A DNA stretch of 64,000 bases from Bdellovibrionales bacterium. GTDB taxonomy: Bacteria; Bdellovibrionota; Bdellovibrionia; Bdellovibrionales; UBA1609. The notes below the pieces were generated by a model. It was given only the letters and a program-made list of their open reading frames with translations, did not search any database and was not told the DNA's origin. Shown piece by piece: positions 39,709-48,996 of this stretch. The stretch is taken from NCBI GenBank assembly GCA_965199825.1, contig OZ241329.1, forward strand, positions 2,016,001-2,080,000. Reading direction: 5' to 3'. Positions within the stretch are counted from its first letter, which is position 1; every line of letters begins with the position of its first letter. Made by a program: the position numbers and the translations under genes.

Positions 39709-39785
39709 TGGAGCGGGTGAACGGGCTCGAACCGTCGACCTATACCTTGGCAAGGTATCGCTCTAGCCAACTGAGCTACACCCGC
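39709..39785 (-). tRNA. tRNA-Gly (GCC)
   Basis: GCGGGTGTAGCTCAGTTGGCTAGAGCGATACCTTGCCAAGGTATAGGTCGACGGTTCGAGCCCGTTCACCCGCTCCA folds as a cloverleaf with encoded CCA. Confidence 0.98.
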
Positions 39786-39823
39786 TCGACAAACACAGTC
39801 TTAGTTGTCCTGAAATAGAAATG

Positions 39824-41287
39824 TCAAAAAGAATCCTCAGATGGTTCAACACTTAAATCTTTTCCGTGTTGGAGGCGCCATTTGGCGTAGCCGCTTTTGT
39901 CCACAACCGTTTCGATTTTGAGATCTCCTTCGAGGCCAGCTGTCAGATAGGTCAAATACTTTCCTTCGATCACCGAAGGTCTTAAAAGTGGCCGACCGTG
40001 GAGCGACATTCTCCCTATGACCTGACCGTTTTCGGGATTAAAAAGACAGATTCGGGTTTTCATACAAGGAGCACCCAAAACCCAGCCTTTATTGGCCCAA
40101 CGAATTTTTGTTTCATTAATGGATTGAGCATTGAGTCTAAATGAAAATGCCCAAGCATGAGTGAGATCGGTTTCTAATTGAAAATGCCATTTCTTTTCAC
40201 CTGTCTTGGCATCGAGAACATCCAGCATGTGATTTGGCGAAATGACGGCTAGCAAATTGTATGAGGGTACAAAGGCCTGGATGGTGCTCAAGTTATTTTC
40301 AAATTCGGTTTCCCAATTTTTGCGGCCGCGAAGGCTATAAGAAACAATTTGGCCGGTTTTGGTGGTGGCAAATAAATTATCGCCCTCAATCGTTGGCGGT
40401 TTGAGTGGGGACGAGGGGAGAGTGATCTGCCAAAGCAATTTCATTGTGGCAAAATCATAGGCGATTATTTTTTGATTTTGAGAAACAAATAGCATCTCTT
40501 CAGAATCATCAAGGCTGATCTCAACTGGGGCTTCATCAAGCTCGGGCGAAATCGGAAAGGTCCGATCGATGTCACCATGGGCTCTTTTGAGACTCACAAG
40601 ATGAAGCCCCATTTTTTTCATTGGAACATCTTTTTCTTTTTTGAGAACTTTTTGATTTAGCCTTACACGCAATGGATCTTGAGAATTGGTGAACACAAAA
40701 ACTTTTTCGCCCACCAAAAATGGCGCGCTGTAGATGTGAACGTTAAGATCGTTCATCCAAAGCATCTGGCCCGTGGAACTCAAAATCGAAAAAATTTTGC
40801 CATCAGCTAATGCGGTGTAGGTGGCGGCAAGGTCAAATGTTGGCGGATACAATGTTGAGGTATTTTTTAAAAAATTAAATTGCCATTTTTCGCCGTCTAT
40901 CTTTTTAAGGCTCAATTCTCCTTGTGAAAACACCTGGCCGTTGAACAAGCTCAAAAGCCCTTCATCATTAATTTTTACATGGAGTGAATTGACCGCCACA
41001 TTATAAAAATTGTGACTCCAAATTTTTGGGTTAGGCTCAATACCTGAATGCGATAAAGGTCCAAATTCGGAGGGTTTGCCCCGATCAAGAGAAAATGGTT
41101 TTTGTTTAAGGAGTGAGGGGATGGGCTGAGAGTGTTCGTTCTTGCGTTTTGATAAGGCCAATTTGTAATCAATTTGATCATACAAAAACGGATTATTAAT
41201 CAACACAAGTGCGATCACCGCAATGCTGAATACGGTAAACGAAAATTTCCAGTACCATGCTACTCGGCGGTAGGAGTTGTATTCCAC
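39824..41287 (-). CDS. Membrane-anchored PQQ-like beta-propeller protein
   Basis: N-terminal TM helix; repeats TGQMLW, TMKLLW, DAKTGEKKW. Confidence 0.75.
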   Translation of the reverse strand: MEYNSYRRVAWYWKFSFTVFSIAVIALVLINNPFLYDQIDYKLALSKRKNEHSQPIPSLLKQKPFSLDRGKPSEFGPLSHSGIEPNPKIWSHNFYNVAVNSLHVKINDEGLLSLFNGQVFSQGELSLKKIDGEKWQFNFLKNTSTLYPPTFDLAATYTALADGKIFSILSSTGQMLWMNDLNVHIYSAPFLVGEKVFVFTNSQDPLRVRLNQKVLKKEKDVPMKKMGLHLVSLKRAHGDIDRTFPISPELDEAPVEISLDDSEEMLFVSQNQKIIAYDFATMKLLWQITLPSSPLKPPTIEGDNLFATTKTGQIVSYSLRGRKNWETEFENNLSTIQAFVPSYNLLAVISPNHMLDVLDAKTGEKKWHFQLETDLTHAWAFSFRLNAQSINETKIRWANKGWVLGAPCMKTRICLFNPENGQVIGRMSLHGRPLLRPSVIEGKYLTYLTAGLEGDLKIETVVDKSGYAKWRLQHGKDLSVEPSEDSF

Positions 41288-42474
41288 GAAACATTTCCTC
41301 GAAATTTAACTTCTGGTTTACAAATGTCTTCGACCTCAAAAATCCGTTTGTACTCAGGATCTTTTAAAGTTCGTAAATCAAAATATGCCGACACCGTTTG
41401 AAATCCTTGAGTTCCTGCAAATTGATCACAGGCCTGTTTGGCATCCAAAAACTTAAGGTATGGACTGCACTGAGTTTGGATCGGCCGTCCCGAAGGAGCA
41501 TCTACCGAAATCTGTTCAATGCGAGAATTAAAATGGGCAAACGTTGTAAGCCGGCATTCAAGGTTCGAAGCCAGGCGATCGAGAGCTAAAGTTTCAACCA
41601 CAGGATGGGTCTGCTCCAATGCCAAAAAAGGAATCAGCTGGATTGCCCAAAAAACAATAAGGGTGAGGCCTGCCCAAAGATTACTCGGCTCGGGACGTAA
41701 GTAGGATTGGTAAAGAAGTTCGGATTCGAATTTTCTTTCTTCCCAGCCTGCCAACCAAAAAAGTGAAAGAGCCATGATTTGCACAAGGGCTGGAAAAAAT
41801 CCGTCAAACCACCAAAGGACAGCCTGATAGAGAACCAAAACCAAAAAACCGATAACGAAATATTTCCCTTTTTTAAATAAAAGAGCCGCTCCGCCAATCA
41901 TTTCGACCAAGACCGAAATTGCGGCACACCATTCGGCAAATTTGGGGCGGGTGATTTTGTGACTCATAAACCATTGGCCGGTGAGCCACTCTGGCGAAAG
42001 CTTGAGCATTCCGGTTGCGAGATAATACGAAACAATAAACCCTTTAAGAACATTTTGTTTGGAGGGGACAAAGAGATAAATCAGCTGCAAGCAAAATAAA
42101 AAGTAATGGATGTTGGAACTTAAACGATAATCTTGAATATAAAAGAACGCTTTAAGTAAAAATAATGAAAACAGCAGACCCCAATTTAATAAGGTTGCAC
42201 GGGTAAAGAAAAACACGCAGGCGGTCAGTAAGCTCAATACAAAATAAAAATAATAAAGAGCGGTGAAAACTGACAAAGGAACAATTCGCATTGCCAAACA
42301 GTTTTCAAAAAGGGTCCAGCACATGGGTGTGCTGGTGTAATAAGCGAGCGGCAGATGCCCTTGCAGTTGCCAGTACAAAAATGTGAGGGCATGAGTCAGC
42401 GCAAGCAAGCCACCAAAAATTCTAAGGCTTGCCGATTTTTCGATTTCCCAAAGTTGATTGCGCATCCATTCCAT
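41260..42474 (-). CDS. Multi-pass membrane protein (HTTM-like)
   Basis: Many TM helices; YYLATGMLKLSPEWLTG resembles the HTTM Y..G..KL...W motif; soluble C-terminal domain with Cys. Confidence 0.6.
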   Translation of the reverse strand: MEWMRNQLWEIEKSASLRIFGGLLALTHALTFLYWQLQGHLPLAYYTSTPMCWTLFENCLAMRIVPLSVFTALYYFYFVLSLLTACVFFFTRATLLNWGLLFSLFLLKAFFYIQDYRLSSNIHYFLFCLQLIYLFVPSKQNVLKGFIVSYYLATGMLKLSPEWLTGQWFMSHKITRPKFAEWCAAISVLVEMIGGAALLFKKGKYFVIGFLVLVLYQAVLWWFDGFFPALVQIMALSLFWLAGWEERKFESELLYQSYLRPEPSNLWAGLTLIVFWAIQLIPFLALEQTHPVVETLALDRLASNLECRLTTFAHFNSRIEQISVDAPSGRPIQTQCSPYLKFLDAKQACDQFAGTQGFQTVSAYFDLRTLKDPEYKRIFEVEDICKPEVKFRGNVSWNTTPTAE

Positions 42475-42505
42475 CGCCCCATCATGAAGGCGTTATATGG
42501 GAGAG

Positions 42506-43066
42506 TCAATTTGGCTGTTGAATCTTGCGGTTGATAAAATAGCCCGAAGTGTATTGAATGCCAGACACAATCGACAATCCAACACTGATCCACAATAAAT
42601 AATAACCTGCAAAGCTCAGGTACTTATCGTGATCGATCAGCAAACAGGGAATGGCAATCATCTGAAGTGCTGTTTTCCATTTGCCAAAGGGCTTGGCGTC
42701 AATGATCACACGGTCAGCCGCTGCAACAGATCTTACACCACCAATCGCAATGTCTCTTGAGATCAGCAAAAAAACCATCAACGGATCGACCATGCCCCGA
42801 TCTAACAGCATCACCAAAGTTCCGAGCACTAAAATTTTATCGGCGATGGGATCCATTAATTTTCCCATTGTGCTTTCGGCTTTGAATCTTCTAGCCCAAT
42901 AGCCATCAAGCCAATCGGTAATCGAAAATAAAATAAATAAAACGGCGGACACCGTTGTCGCCAATGGCCACGAGGTCATCAGTAAACAAACTATAACGAG
43001 ACCGCCAAACATTCGCGAAGTTGTTGCCCACATGGGGAGTTGCAGCTTCCAATTTTTTTGTGACAT
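42506..43066 (-). CDS. pgsA: CDP-diacylglycerol--glycerol-3-phosphate 3-phosphatidyltransferase
   Basis: TDWLDGYWARR, GKLMDPIADK, GKWKTALQM. Confidence 0.92.
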   Translation of the reverse strand: MSQKNWKLQLPMWATTSRMFGGLVIVCLLMTSWPLATTVSAVLFILFSITDWLDGYWARRFKAESTMGKLMDPIADKILVLGTLVMLLDRGMVDPLMVFLLISRDIAIGGVRSVAAADRVIIDAKPFGKWKTALQMIAIPCLLIDHDKYLSFAGYYLLWISVGLSIVSGIQYTSGYFINRKIQQPN

Positions 43067-43146
43067 AAAAAAATCGTAATGCGGGCTTTCATTCCTCGCA
43101 AGCGAAATTGACACAAGACAAAGGCGTAAGGGACACTTCGAGCCTC

Positions 43147-43593
43147 ATGTTTAAAGCCATTCATCGCGTGCATTTTTACGAAACCGATGTGATGGGCATT
43201 GTTCATCACTCCAATTTCTTGCGGATCTTTGAAGAAGCCCGAATGAGTTGGCTCAAAAATGTTAAGCTCCATCTCTCACATGCTCCTTATGCCAACATGA
43301 CGTTCGCAGTTTTAGAAACTCATGTGAAGCATCTCAAACCCGCATATTTAGACGAAGAGTTGACAACCTATATTCAAGTTCGTAGCGAAAAAGCCAAGAT
43401 TCGATTTGGTTACGCCACAGTTTGTGAATCTAAAAATCAGATTGTGGCAACCGGCGAAACACTTCATGTGGCGCTTGATAAAGAGTTAAAAATTTTGCGG
43501 ATTCCTTTTGAATTTTTAAAAGTTTTGGAGAGCCAAATATGGACAGAAACCTGGCCCTTGAATTTGTTAGAATCACTGAAGCCGCAGCGCTAG
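43147..43593 (+). CDS. Acyl-CoA thioesterase (YbgC/4HBT family)
   Basis: ETDVMGIVHHSNFLRIFEEAR. Confidence 0.9.
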   Translation: MFKAIHRVHFYETDVMGIVHHSNFLRIFEEARMSWLKNVKLHLSHAPYANMTFAVLETHVKHLKPAYLDEELTTYIQVRSEKAKIRFGYATVCESKNQIVATGETLHVALDKELKILRIPFEFLKVLESQIWTETWPLNLLESLKPQR

Positions 43594-44495
43594 CTTCGGC
43601 TCATTTGATGGGGCGTGGTGACGAAAAGGCTGCCGATCAAGCCGCAGTCGATGCGATGAGAAAAGCATTTGATTCGGTTGATATCGATGGCACGGTGGTG
43701 ATTGGCGAAGGGGAGCGCGACGAAGCTCCAATGCTCTATATTGGTGAAAAAGTCGGAAGGCGTTCAGCACAATCTCCTCAAATTGATATCGCACTCGATC
43801 CCCTCGAAGGCACAACCATTTGTGCCAATGGGGGAGTGGGGGCGGTGTCGGTGATTGCGGTTGCGGGACAAAATCAATTTTTGCACGCACCAGATGTTTA
43901 CATGCAAAAAATCGCCTGCGGTCCGCGCGCAAAAGGTGCAATCGATCTCAACAAAACTCCGGAGGAAAATATTAAGTCGGTGGCGCAAGCCTTGAATAAA
44001 GAAATTTCTGAAATCACCGTGGTGATATTGAAACGGCCAAGGCATACTGAGTTGATTTCGAAAGTGAGAACTCTTGGAGCCCGGATCCAATTGATTGACG
44101 ACGGCGATGTTTCGGCCGGTATTGCGACCTGTTGGGAAGATTCAGGAATTGATATTTTGATGGGCATTGGCGGCGCACCTGAGGGTGTGATCACCGCGGC
44201 TGCACTTAAATGTTTAAACGGTGATTTTCAAGGACGACTTTTTTTTAGCAATGACCAACAAAAATCACGAGCGATAAAAATGGGAATTACTGATTTTGAA
44301 AAAACTTATCAGCTCGAAGAACTGGCGGCCGGCGACGTGATGTTTTGTGCCACCGGAATCACCGATGGGCCTTTACTCAAAGGGGTCCGGTTATTGGCAG
44401 GCCACCGAGCCACAAGTCATTCATTGGTGATGCGATCAAAAACTCAGACCATTCGGCGCATCGAAGCCGAACATCATTTGAAATTAAAACCATGA
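43539..44495 (+). CDS. glpX: Class II fructose-1,6-bisphosphatase
   Basis: VVIGEGERDEAPML, DPLEGT, APDVYM, DGDV, GGAPEGV. Confidence 0.96.
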   Translation: MDRNLALEFVRITEAAALASAHLMGRGDEKAADQAAVDAMRKAFDSVDIDGTVVIGEGERDEAPMLYIGEKVGRRSAQSPQIDIALDPLEGTTICANGGVGAVSVIAVAGQNQFLHAPDVYMQKIACGPRAKGAIDLNKTPEENIKSVAQALNKEISEITVVILKRPRHTELISKVRTLGARIQLIDDGDVSAGIATCWEDSGIDILMGIGGAPEGVITAAALKCLNGDFQGRLFFSNDQQKSRAIKMGITDFEKTYQLEELAAGDVMFCATGITDGPLLKGVRLLAGHRATSHSLVMRSKTQTIRRIEAEHHLKLKP

Positions 44496-44791
44496 GTGCT
44501 CGTTTTGAATTTTCCTGTTTTTCCTGTGGATTGCTTTTAAGTTTTCAAGACACACCAGGGTTTCGCGCCACGTGCGAAAAATGTGATAGCGATATTCACG
44601 TTTGTAAGAACTGTCGGTTTTATGATGTCAAAGCTTACAATGAATGCACCGAGCCGTCGGCCGAGGTGGTGCGTGAAAAAGAACGCAATAATTTTTGCGA
44701 ATATTTTGAGCCCGGCGGGAATGGACCAAAAGAAAAAACCTCAGCCGAAGATCTAAGATCAAAAGCCGAGGCCTTATTCAAAAAATTCTAG
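44492..44791 (+). CDS. Small Cys-rich (zinc-ribbon-like) protein
   Basis: ATGA overlap with glpX; three CxxC pairs, NFCEYF. Confidence 0.75.
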   Translation: MSARFEFSCFSCGLLLSFQDTPGFRATCEKCDSDIHVCKNCRFYDVKAYNECTEPSAEVVREKERNNFCEYFEPGGNGPKEKTSAEDLRSKAEALFKKF

Positions 44792-46386
44792 TGTCGACGA
44801 TACGTCAGTTTCAATTTTGATCCTGGTTTGACTTTTCCAAACAACACGCGATCCGAAATCGTCACCGATCCTGACGGATCATACTGAAGTCCACGGCGAT
44901 CAAGAATTTCTTCATGCCCACTTGAATCGATGATTGAAACCACAACAGTTTCAAGTGCAATTCGACTTTCATCTCCGTTATGGATCCGAAGTGTCTTTGT
45001 GTAATCCATCATCTTGTAATTTGAAAAATCGGCGATGCGCATCATGTTATCAGAAATTTGGGCGTGCTTTGCCAAATCAACCGGAAAGCCCTTGCTCAGT
45101 TGAATCAAATCCAAATAGCCATGACCCATCTCGTGTTCTAAACCAAATTTATCGGTCTTGTCTGTTTTAGGAATCGATTCATTCGAGAGATAATGAACTC
45201 CCGAAATAACGAGGGGACCACCGGTCGCGCTTTGAAGTGCACTTAAGACATCTTGGGGAGTGATGTTGCGTGAGTTCGCCGCATACTTGTCGATATGGCA
45301 ATATTGACTCTTCGCTTTGATCTCGATCGGATCTTGTTCGCACTTGCCGTTAAACTGGGGGCATTCATTTGCTTTGTAATCATAGCAAACATCTTGCTCG
45401 TCCGACATAAAGATCACACCCAAGGCTGAGCCGGGCTCAAGCAATCCTTCACTTTTTAATTGTGGCAGATCTTGAGCATCGGTCACCGCGCGAAAAATAC
45501 TCATCAATCCCATTTCACCTTGAGCCGAAGAATCATCACGATATTTTTGTAAGATCGTCATCTTGCGAACAACACGTTTGCTGATTTCGGCAAGCGACAT
45601 CTGTGGATAATGAAGAACTTTTGGATCTTCTGTTGGACGGCGCGTGGTCTTTGAGGATTCGCTAAACAAAACTCCTTCGAGTCGATCGGAGGAGTCAGGC
45701 CCGTGAGCGGCGATGACTCCGATGTCCACTTGTGAGTGAGGTGGAAGACGCATAATAAAATCGCCTACTTTTTTGGCCACAACTTCGCGGGTCAGATCCA
45801 TCGAATCTGAGGTGTCAGGAACTAAAAGCAAAGTGTATTTTTTGATGCGCGCATTCATGGGCTGCTCAATCGTGATTGGAGCACATTCTTCTGTACCTTC
45901 GATCACTTCTTTAGCGCAACCACCACCGCAAAGTCCTAAAACTGTGGGCGCACTACCGCCGCTCACCCAAGGAACGTTTGGAGCAGGCTGTGTGTTGCCA
46001 CCGGCCATATGAACAGGGCCCGAAAATTCAAGACGCTGAGTTGGAATATTTGCTGGTTCAAGTGCTACCGGTGGAGGTGAAGGAAGTGTTCTAATAATTG
46101 TTGTTGGTTGTGGCGTGCTGATCACAGTTGTGGTTTCAACTGGAGTGGGTGTTTGACGTAATTCCACATCGGGCAGCGGTGCTTGCATGATTGAAATCGG
46201 CTGCACGAGAGGTCTTGGCGGTTGATAGACGATCGGAATCGTTGGCGGAGGATAATAAGGTTGGCTCGGCATTGGCCCACGGGCGATCGTCCCATTGGGT
46301 GCTTGTTGCACAGACGAATGACTCGCCTTTTGACAACTCACAATGGTCGCCACCAACAACATAATCACATAGATTTTTTTATTCAT
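44788..46386 (-). CDS. Lipoprotein with Pro-rich linker and vWA/MIDAS domain
   Basis: Lipobox IVSC; Pro/Thr-rich stalk; LVPDTSDSM (DxSxS), IFMSDE; GGAGG RBS before ATG 46386. Confidence 0.8.
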   Translation of the reverse strand: MNKKIYVIMLLVATIVSCQKASHSSVQQAPNGTIARGPMPSQPYYPPPTIPIVYQPPRPLVQPISIMQAPLPDVELRQTPTPVETTTVISTPQPTTIIRTLPSPPPVALEPANIPTQRLEFSGPVHMAGGNTQPAPNVPWVSGGSAPTVLGLCGGGCAKEVIEGTEECAPITIEQPMNARIKKYTLLLVPDTSDSMDLTREVVAKKVGDFIMRLPPHSQVDIGVIAAHGPDSSDRLEGVLFSESSKTTRRPTEDPKVLHYPQMSLAEISKRVVRKMTILQKYRDDSSAQGEMGLMSIFRAVTDAQDLPQLKSEGLLEPGSALGVIFMSDEQDVCYDYKANECPQFNGKCEQDPIEIKAKSQYCHIDKYAANSRNITPQDVLSALQSATGGPLVISGVHYLSNESIPKTDKTDKFGLEHEMGHGYLDLIQLSKGFPVDLAKHAQISDNMMRIADFSNYKMMDYTKTLRIHNGDESRIALETVVVSIIDSSGHEEILDRRGLQYDPSGSVTISDRVLFGKVKPGSKLKLTYRRH

Positions 46387-46642
46387 AAACCCTCCCACCT
46401 GTTTCAAATTGCAAGGTCAAGAGCAGTGTGGCTGAGGCTTTAAAACGATTTTACAAAGTTATGCCAAAAATTGTCTAAGCACTTTGGCGATTTTGGGCGC
46501 TTCGGGTTGTTATCAGGAAGTCGGTGAATACCGAATCCATGGAAATAAAAAGTTTGCTCATTCGAGAAAAACAAGAGCTTACCTCATTTTCAAATATGAC
46601 TAAACAATTGGTATTTGAAGTGATTTTGATTTAAACAGCTCC

Positions 46643-47680
46643 ATGACAAAATTACTGCGCTCTTCAACTTTTATACTTTGTGCAACATTGAGCAATTTGG
46701 CTTACGGAGAAATTTCGGAGCCGTTCGTTTTAAAAATTAAAAAAGATGATCAGGTGTCCAGCCTATTCGTGAATTATCCCAGTTCAAAATTTCCTTCTCG
46801 TGCGACCAAAGCTTTTACTGATGGGCTACTTAAAGAAGTTAAAAACTTACTGATCAGCCAACAAGACACTTCGTGGCGGGGTATAAAAAGCCAAATCAGC
46901 AAAAATGATGATCCAGCCTCTGCTCTGCGAACCACATTTGGTGAGTTTTCTTATGAATGGAAGTACATTAGTCGTACTTTTAAAAAATTGAGTGTGCGAA
47001 GTAAATCGCTAGCAGATTGTACTATTCCTTTCTCTGCACTCGATTCCCTCTTTTCAAGCGGAATTTTCGCGTGGATTACGCGTAACCGACTTTTAAGTTT
47101 AATATTAGCTGAGGTTTCGGGGTCGATCTCGAATACGAGCGGACAAGATCTGATGCATCTCCTGAACTACAGAGCTAGAAAATTGAATTACTCCGTGATG
47201 TATTTTGAAAAAACTTATGACTCAATATCGTTCGAAGCGGTGAAAGATCACGACATCAAAGAACTCCTTGGTCTCTTGGCGAGTTTTAAAACTTCAGATA
47301 AAGAATTTCTTGATGAGTTTGAAAAGTTGGGTTTACTCACATCGTTAAATCGCAGCAGAACAGGGGATGAGGTCGAGGCGTATGAGCAAAAGCGGAGATG
47401 GCTCAATCAGATTGAATTTCTCCATGAAAAAGAAGGCGTTGCTGTTGCGCTAGGGCTTGGGCATATCGTGGAGTTCGGAGGAATAGGTAATTTGCTGTTT
47501 GAGCTAAGACTTCGAGGTTTTGAGATTTTAAACGGTGAAGGTTGGACGAGCGACTCTTCTTGCTCCAAAATCTTATCAGCAAGAAAAATTAAAACTGCAG
47601 GTGCTGGTCTCCAACGGATGAGCAGACGCGAAAATCTTTTGCGTCTGCGTGGGATCGATTCTGAAGATGGTTTGTACTGA
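46643..47680 (+). CDS. Secreted protein with TraB/GumN-like C-terminus
   Basis: Signal peptide ending AYG; RRW...VAVALGLGHI..GG..NLL..LR.RGF resembles the TraB/GumN C-terminal motif. Confidence 0.5.
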   Translation: MTKLLRSSTFILCATLSNLAYGEISEPFVLKIKKDDQVSSLFVNYPSSKFPSRATKAFTDGLLKEVKNLLISQQDTSWRGIKSQISKNDDPASALRTTFGEFSYEWKYISRTFKKLSVRSKSLADCTIPFSALDSLFSSGIFAWITRNRLLSLILAEVSGSISNTSGQDLMHLLNYRARKLNYSVMYFEKTYDSISFEAVKDHDIKELLGLLASFKTSDKEFLDEFEKLGLLTSLNRSRTGDEVEAYEQKRRWLNQIEFLHEKEGVAVALGLGHIVEFGGIGNLLFELRLRGFEILNGEGWTSDSSCSKILSARKIKTAGAGLQRMSRRENLLRLRGIDSEDGLY

Positions 47681-47910
47681 TCAACAAGTTTTTTGGTCGC
47701 CGGGTTTTTAAGGTGTAGGGTGATTTGAGTTTTGGGTACTGACTCTGATTTACATTCTGATCCGAAGAACCTTCCTGCCTTTCACGTGGCAGCTAGGACT
47801 GTGGTTCGATCTAAATTATTATCTAAAAAATGATTTTCTGAATTTGAAATTTCTGATTTGTTTAATTCGAATTCATCATCTCAATTTTAAAAGCCTTCAC
47901 CTCTAAATTA

Positions 47911-47934
47911 TGACAGTGCCCCGGATGGCATCCG
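47911..47934 (+). repeat. TGACAGTGCCCC motif plus short palindrome (REP-like)
   Basis: One mismatch to the TGACACTGCCCC repeat; CGGATG-G-CATCCG inverted repeat at 47922-47934. Confidence 0.6.
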
Positions 47935-47991
47935 AACACCATAATCCAATATAAAAATATAAATAAATTATGATTATAAAAACAAAATTTA

Positions 47992-48020
47992 TTGTCTTTT
48001 CACCTAAGCAAATATATTAT
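47992..48020 (+). promoter_or_regulatory. Putative sigma70 promoter, leaderless transcript
   Basis: TTGTCT-N17-TATTAT, ATG 6 nt later. Confidence 0.55.
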
Positions 48021-48026
48021 TCACGT

Positions 48027-48623
48027 ATGAAACAACTGAATTTATTTAAAATGAAAACGCAAAAATCTTATGGTGGCAAAACTTTAGGTAAAAGAAAATC
48101 CACGCGGCCGCTCAATCCAAAACGCCTTCATCATGTGATAATGAAATCACAACACGCCAAAGGATTGCTTAGTTTTAAAAATCCAGTTCATCGAGCTAAA
48201 ATAGAAAAATTAATTTTTGATAAAGCGCAACGCTACGGAATTCGAATTGCAGAGTTTGCCAACGTGGGAAATCACTTTCATCTCCTTGTTCGATTCAAGA
48301 ATATTTATCTGATACAAAATTTTTTAAAAGTGACCATGGGATTGATTGCACGATTGATCACCGGCGCGAGCAAAACAAAAAGATATGGGCGATTTTGGGA
48401 AGGACTTGTCTTCACCCGAATTGTTTCAAAAGGTTTGGATCAATCGCGGATGTTTGATTATCTCGCTGCAAACAAAATTCAATCCGATGCGGGGACCGAA
48501 AGTCGCTGTCGTTTTGAAATGTCAAAAAAGAGGGAGTGGCGGAGACGGACCAGCAAGCATCAAAAGGTTTCTAGTGCACTACAACTTGCCCAACTTGATT
48601 GTCGTTTATACCGAAGTAATTAA
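48027..48623 (+). CDS. HUH/Y1 tyrosine transposase-like endonuclease (RAYT-like), paralog 2
   Basis: LHHVIMKS, NVGNHFHLLV, FWEGLVFTR, DYLAAN; aligns end to end with 28104..28703 when started at MKQLNLF. Confidence 0.8.
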   Translation: MKQLNLFKMKTQKSYGGKTLGKRKSTRPLNPKRLHHVIMKSQHAKGLLSFKNPVHRAKIEKLIFDKAQRYGIRIAEFANVGNHFHLLVRFKNIYLIQNFLKVTMGLIARLITGASKTKRYGRFWEGLVFTRIVSKGLDQSRMFDYLAANKIQSDAGTESRCRFEMSKKREWRRRTSKHQKVSSALQLAQLDCRLYRSN

Positions 48624-48726
48624 ACCGCTTAAAAAAGCCCTAGATTTTCTGTACGACACCGCACTCACAGCCCACCCGAAGATGCAGCTCAAGACATACC
48701 AATTAAAACAGCAATCATCCCACACC

Positions 48727-48906
48727 GTTTCAAATTGAAACACCCAAACCATTCAAAAGTAAACTTTCGTACATAGTAAACAGAAAACCCACCCTTAAAA
48801 TCCCGTCTCAAATCGAAACGTCAATAAACTAAAAAAGTGTAGATAAATCATCGGATGTGATTCCAAAACGCAAACCTTAAAAACTTGAACAGGTGTCAAT
48901 CGAGAC
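48727..48906. promoter_or_regulatory. Three related palindromes, possible regulator sites
   Basis: GTTTCAAATTGAAAC (48727), GTCTCAAATCGAAAC (48805), GTGTCAATCGAGAC (48893). Confidence 0.45.
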
Positions 48907-48996
48907 GACATATCTAACTGCGCGAAATTCTTAAATCCTCAATTCCCAAGGTTGGGAATCCAAAATGCAAATCTAAAAAGCATCACGGGGGGATTT

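Noticed and set aside
38976..39785. Prophage or integrative island at tRNA-Gly
   Set aside because: No integrase, and I saw no duplicate of the tRNA 3' end
46409..46425. Sigma54 promoter for the vWA lipoprotein
   Set aside because: TTGCA is present but the -24 position reads GC instead of the invariant GG
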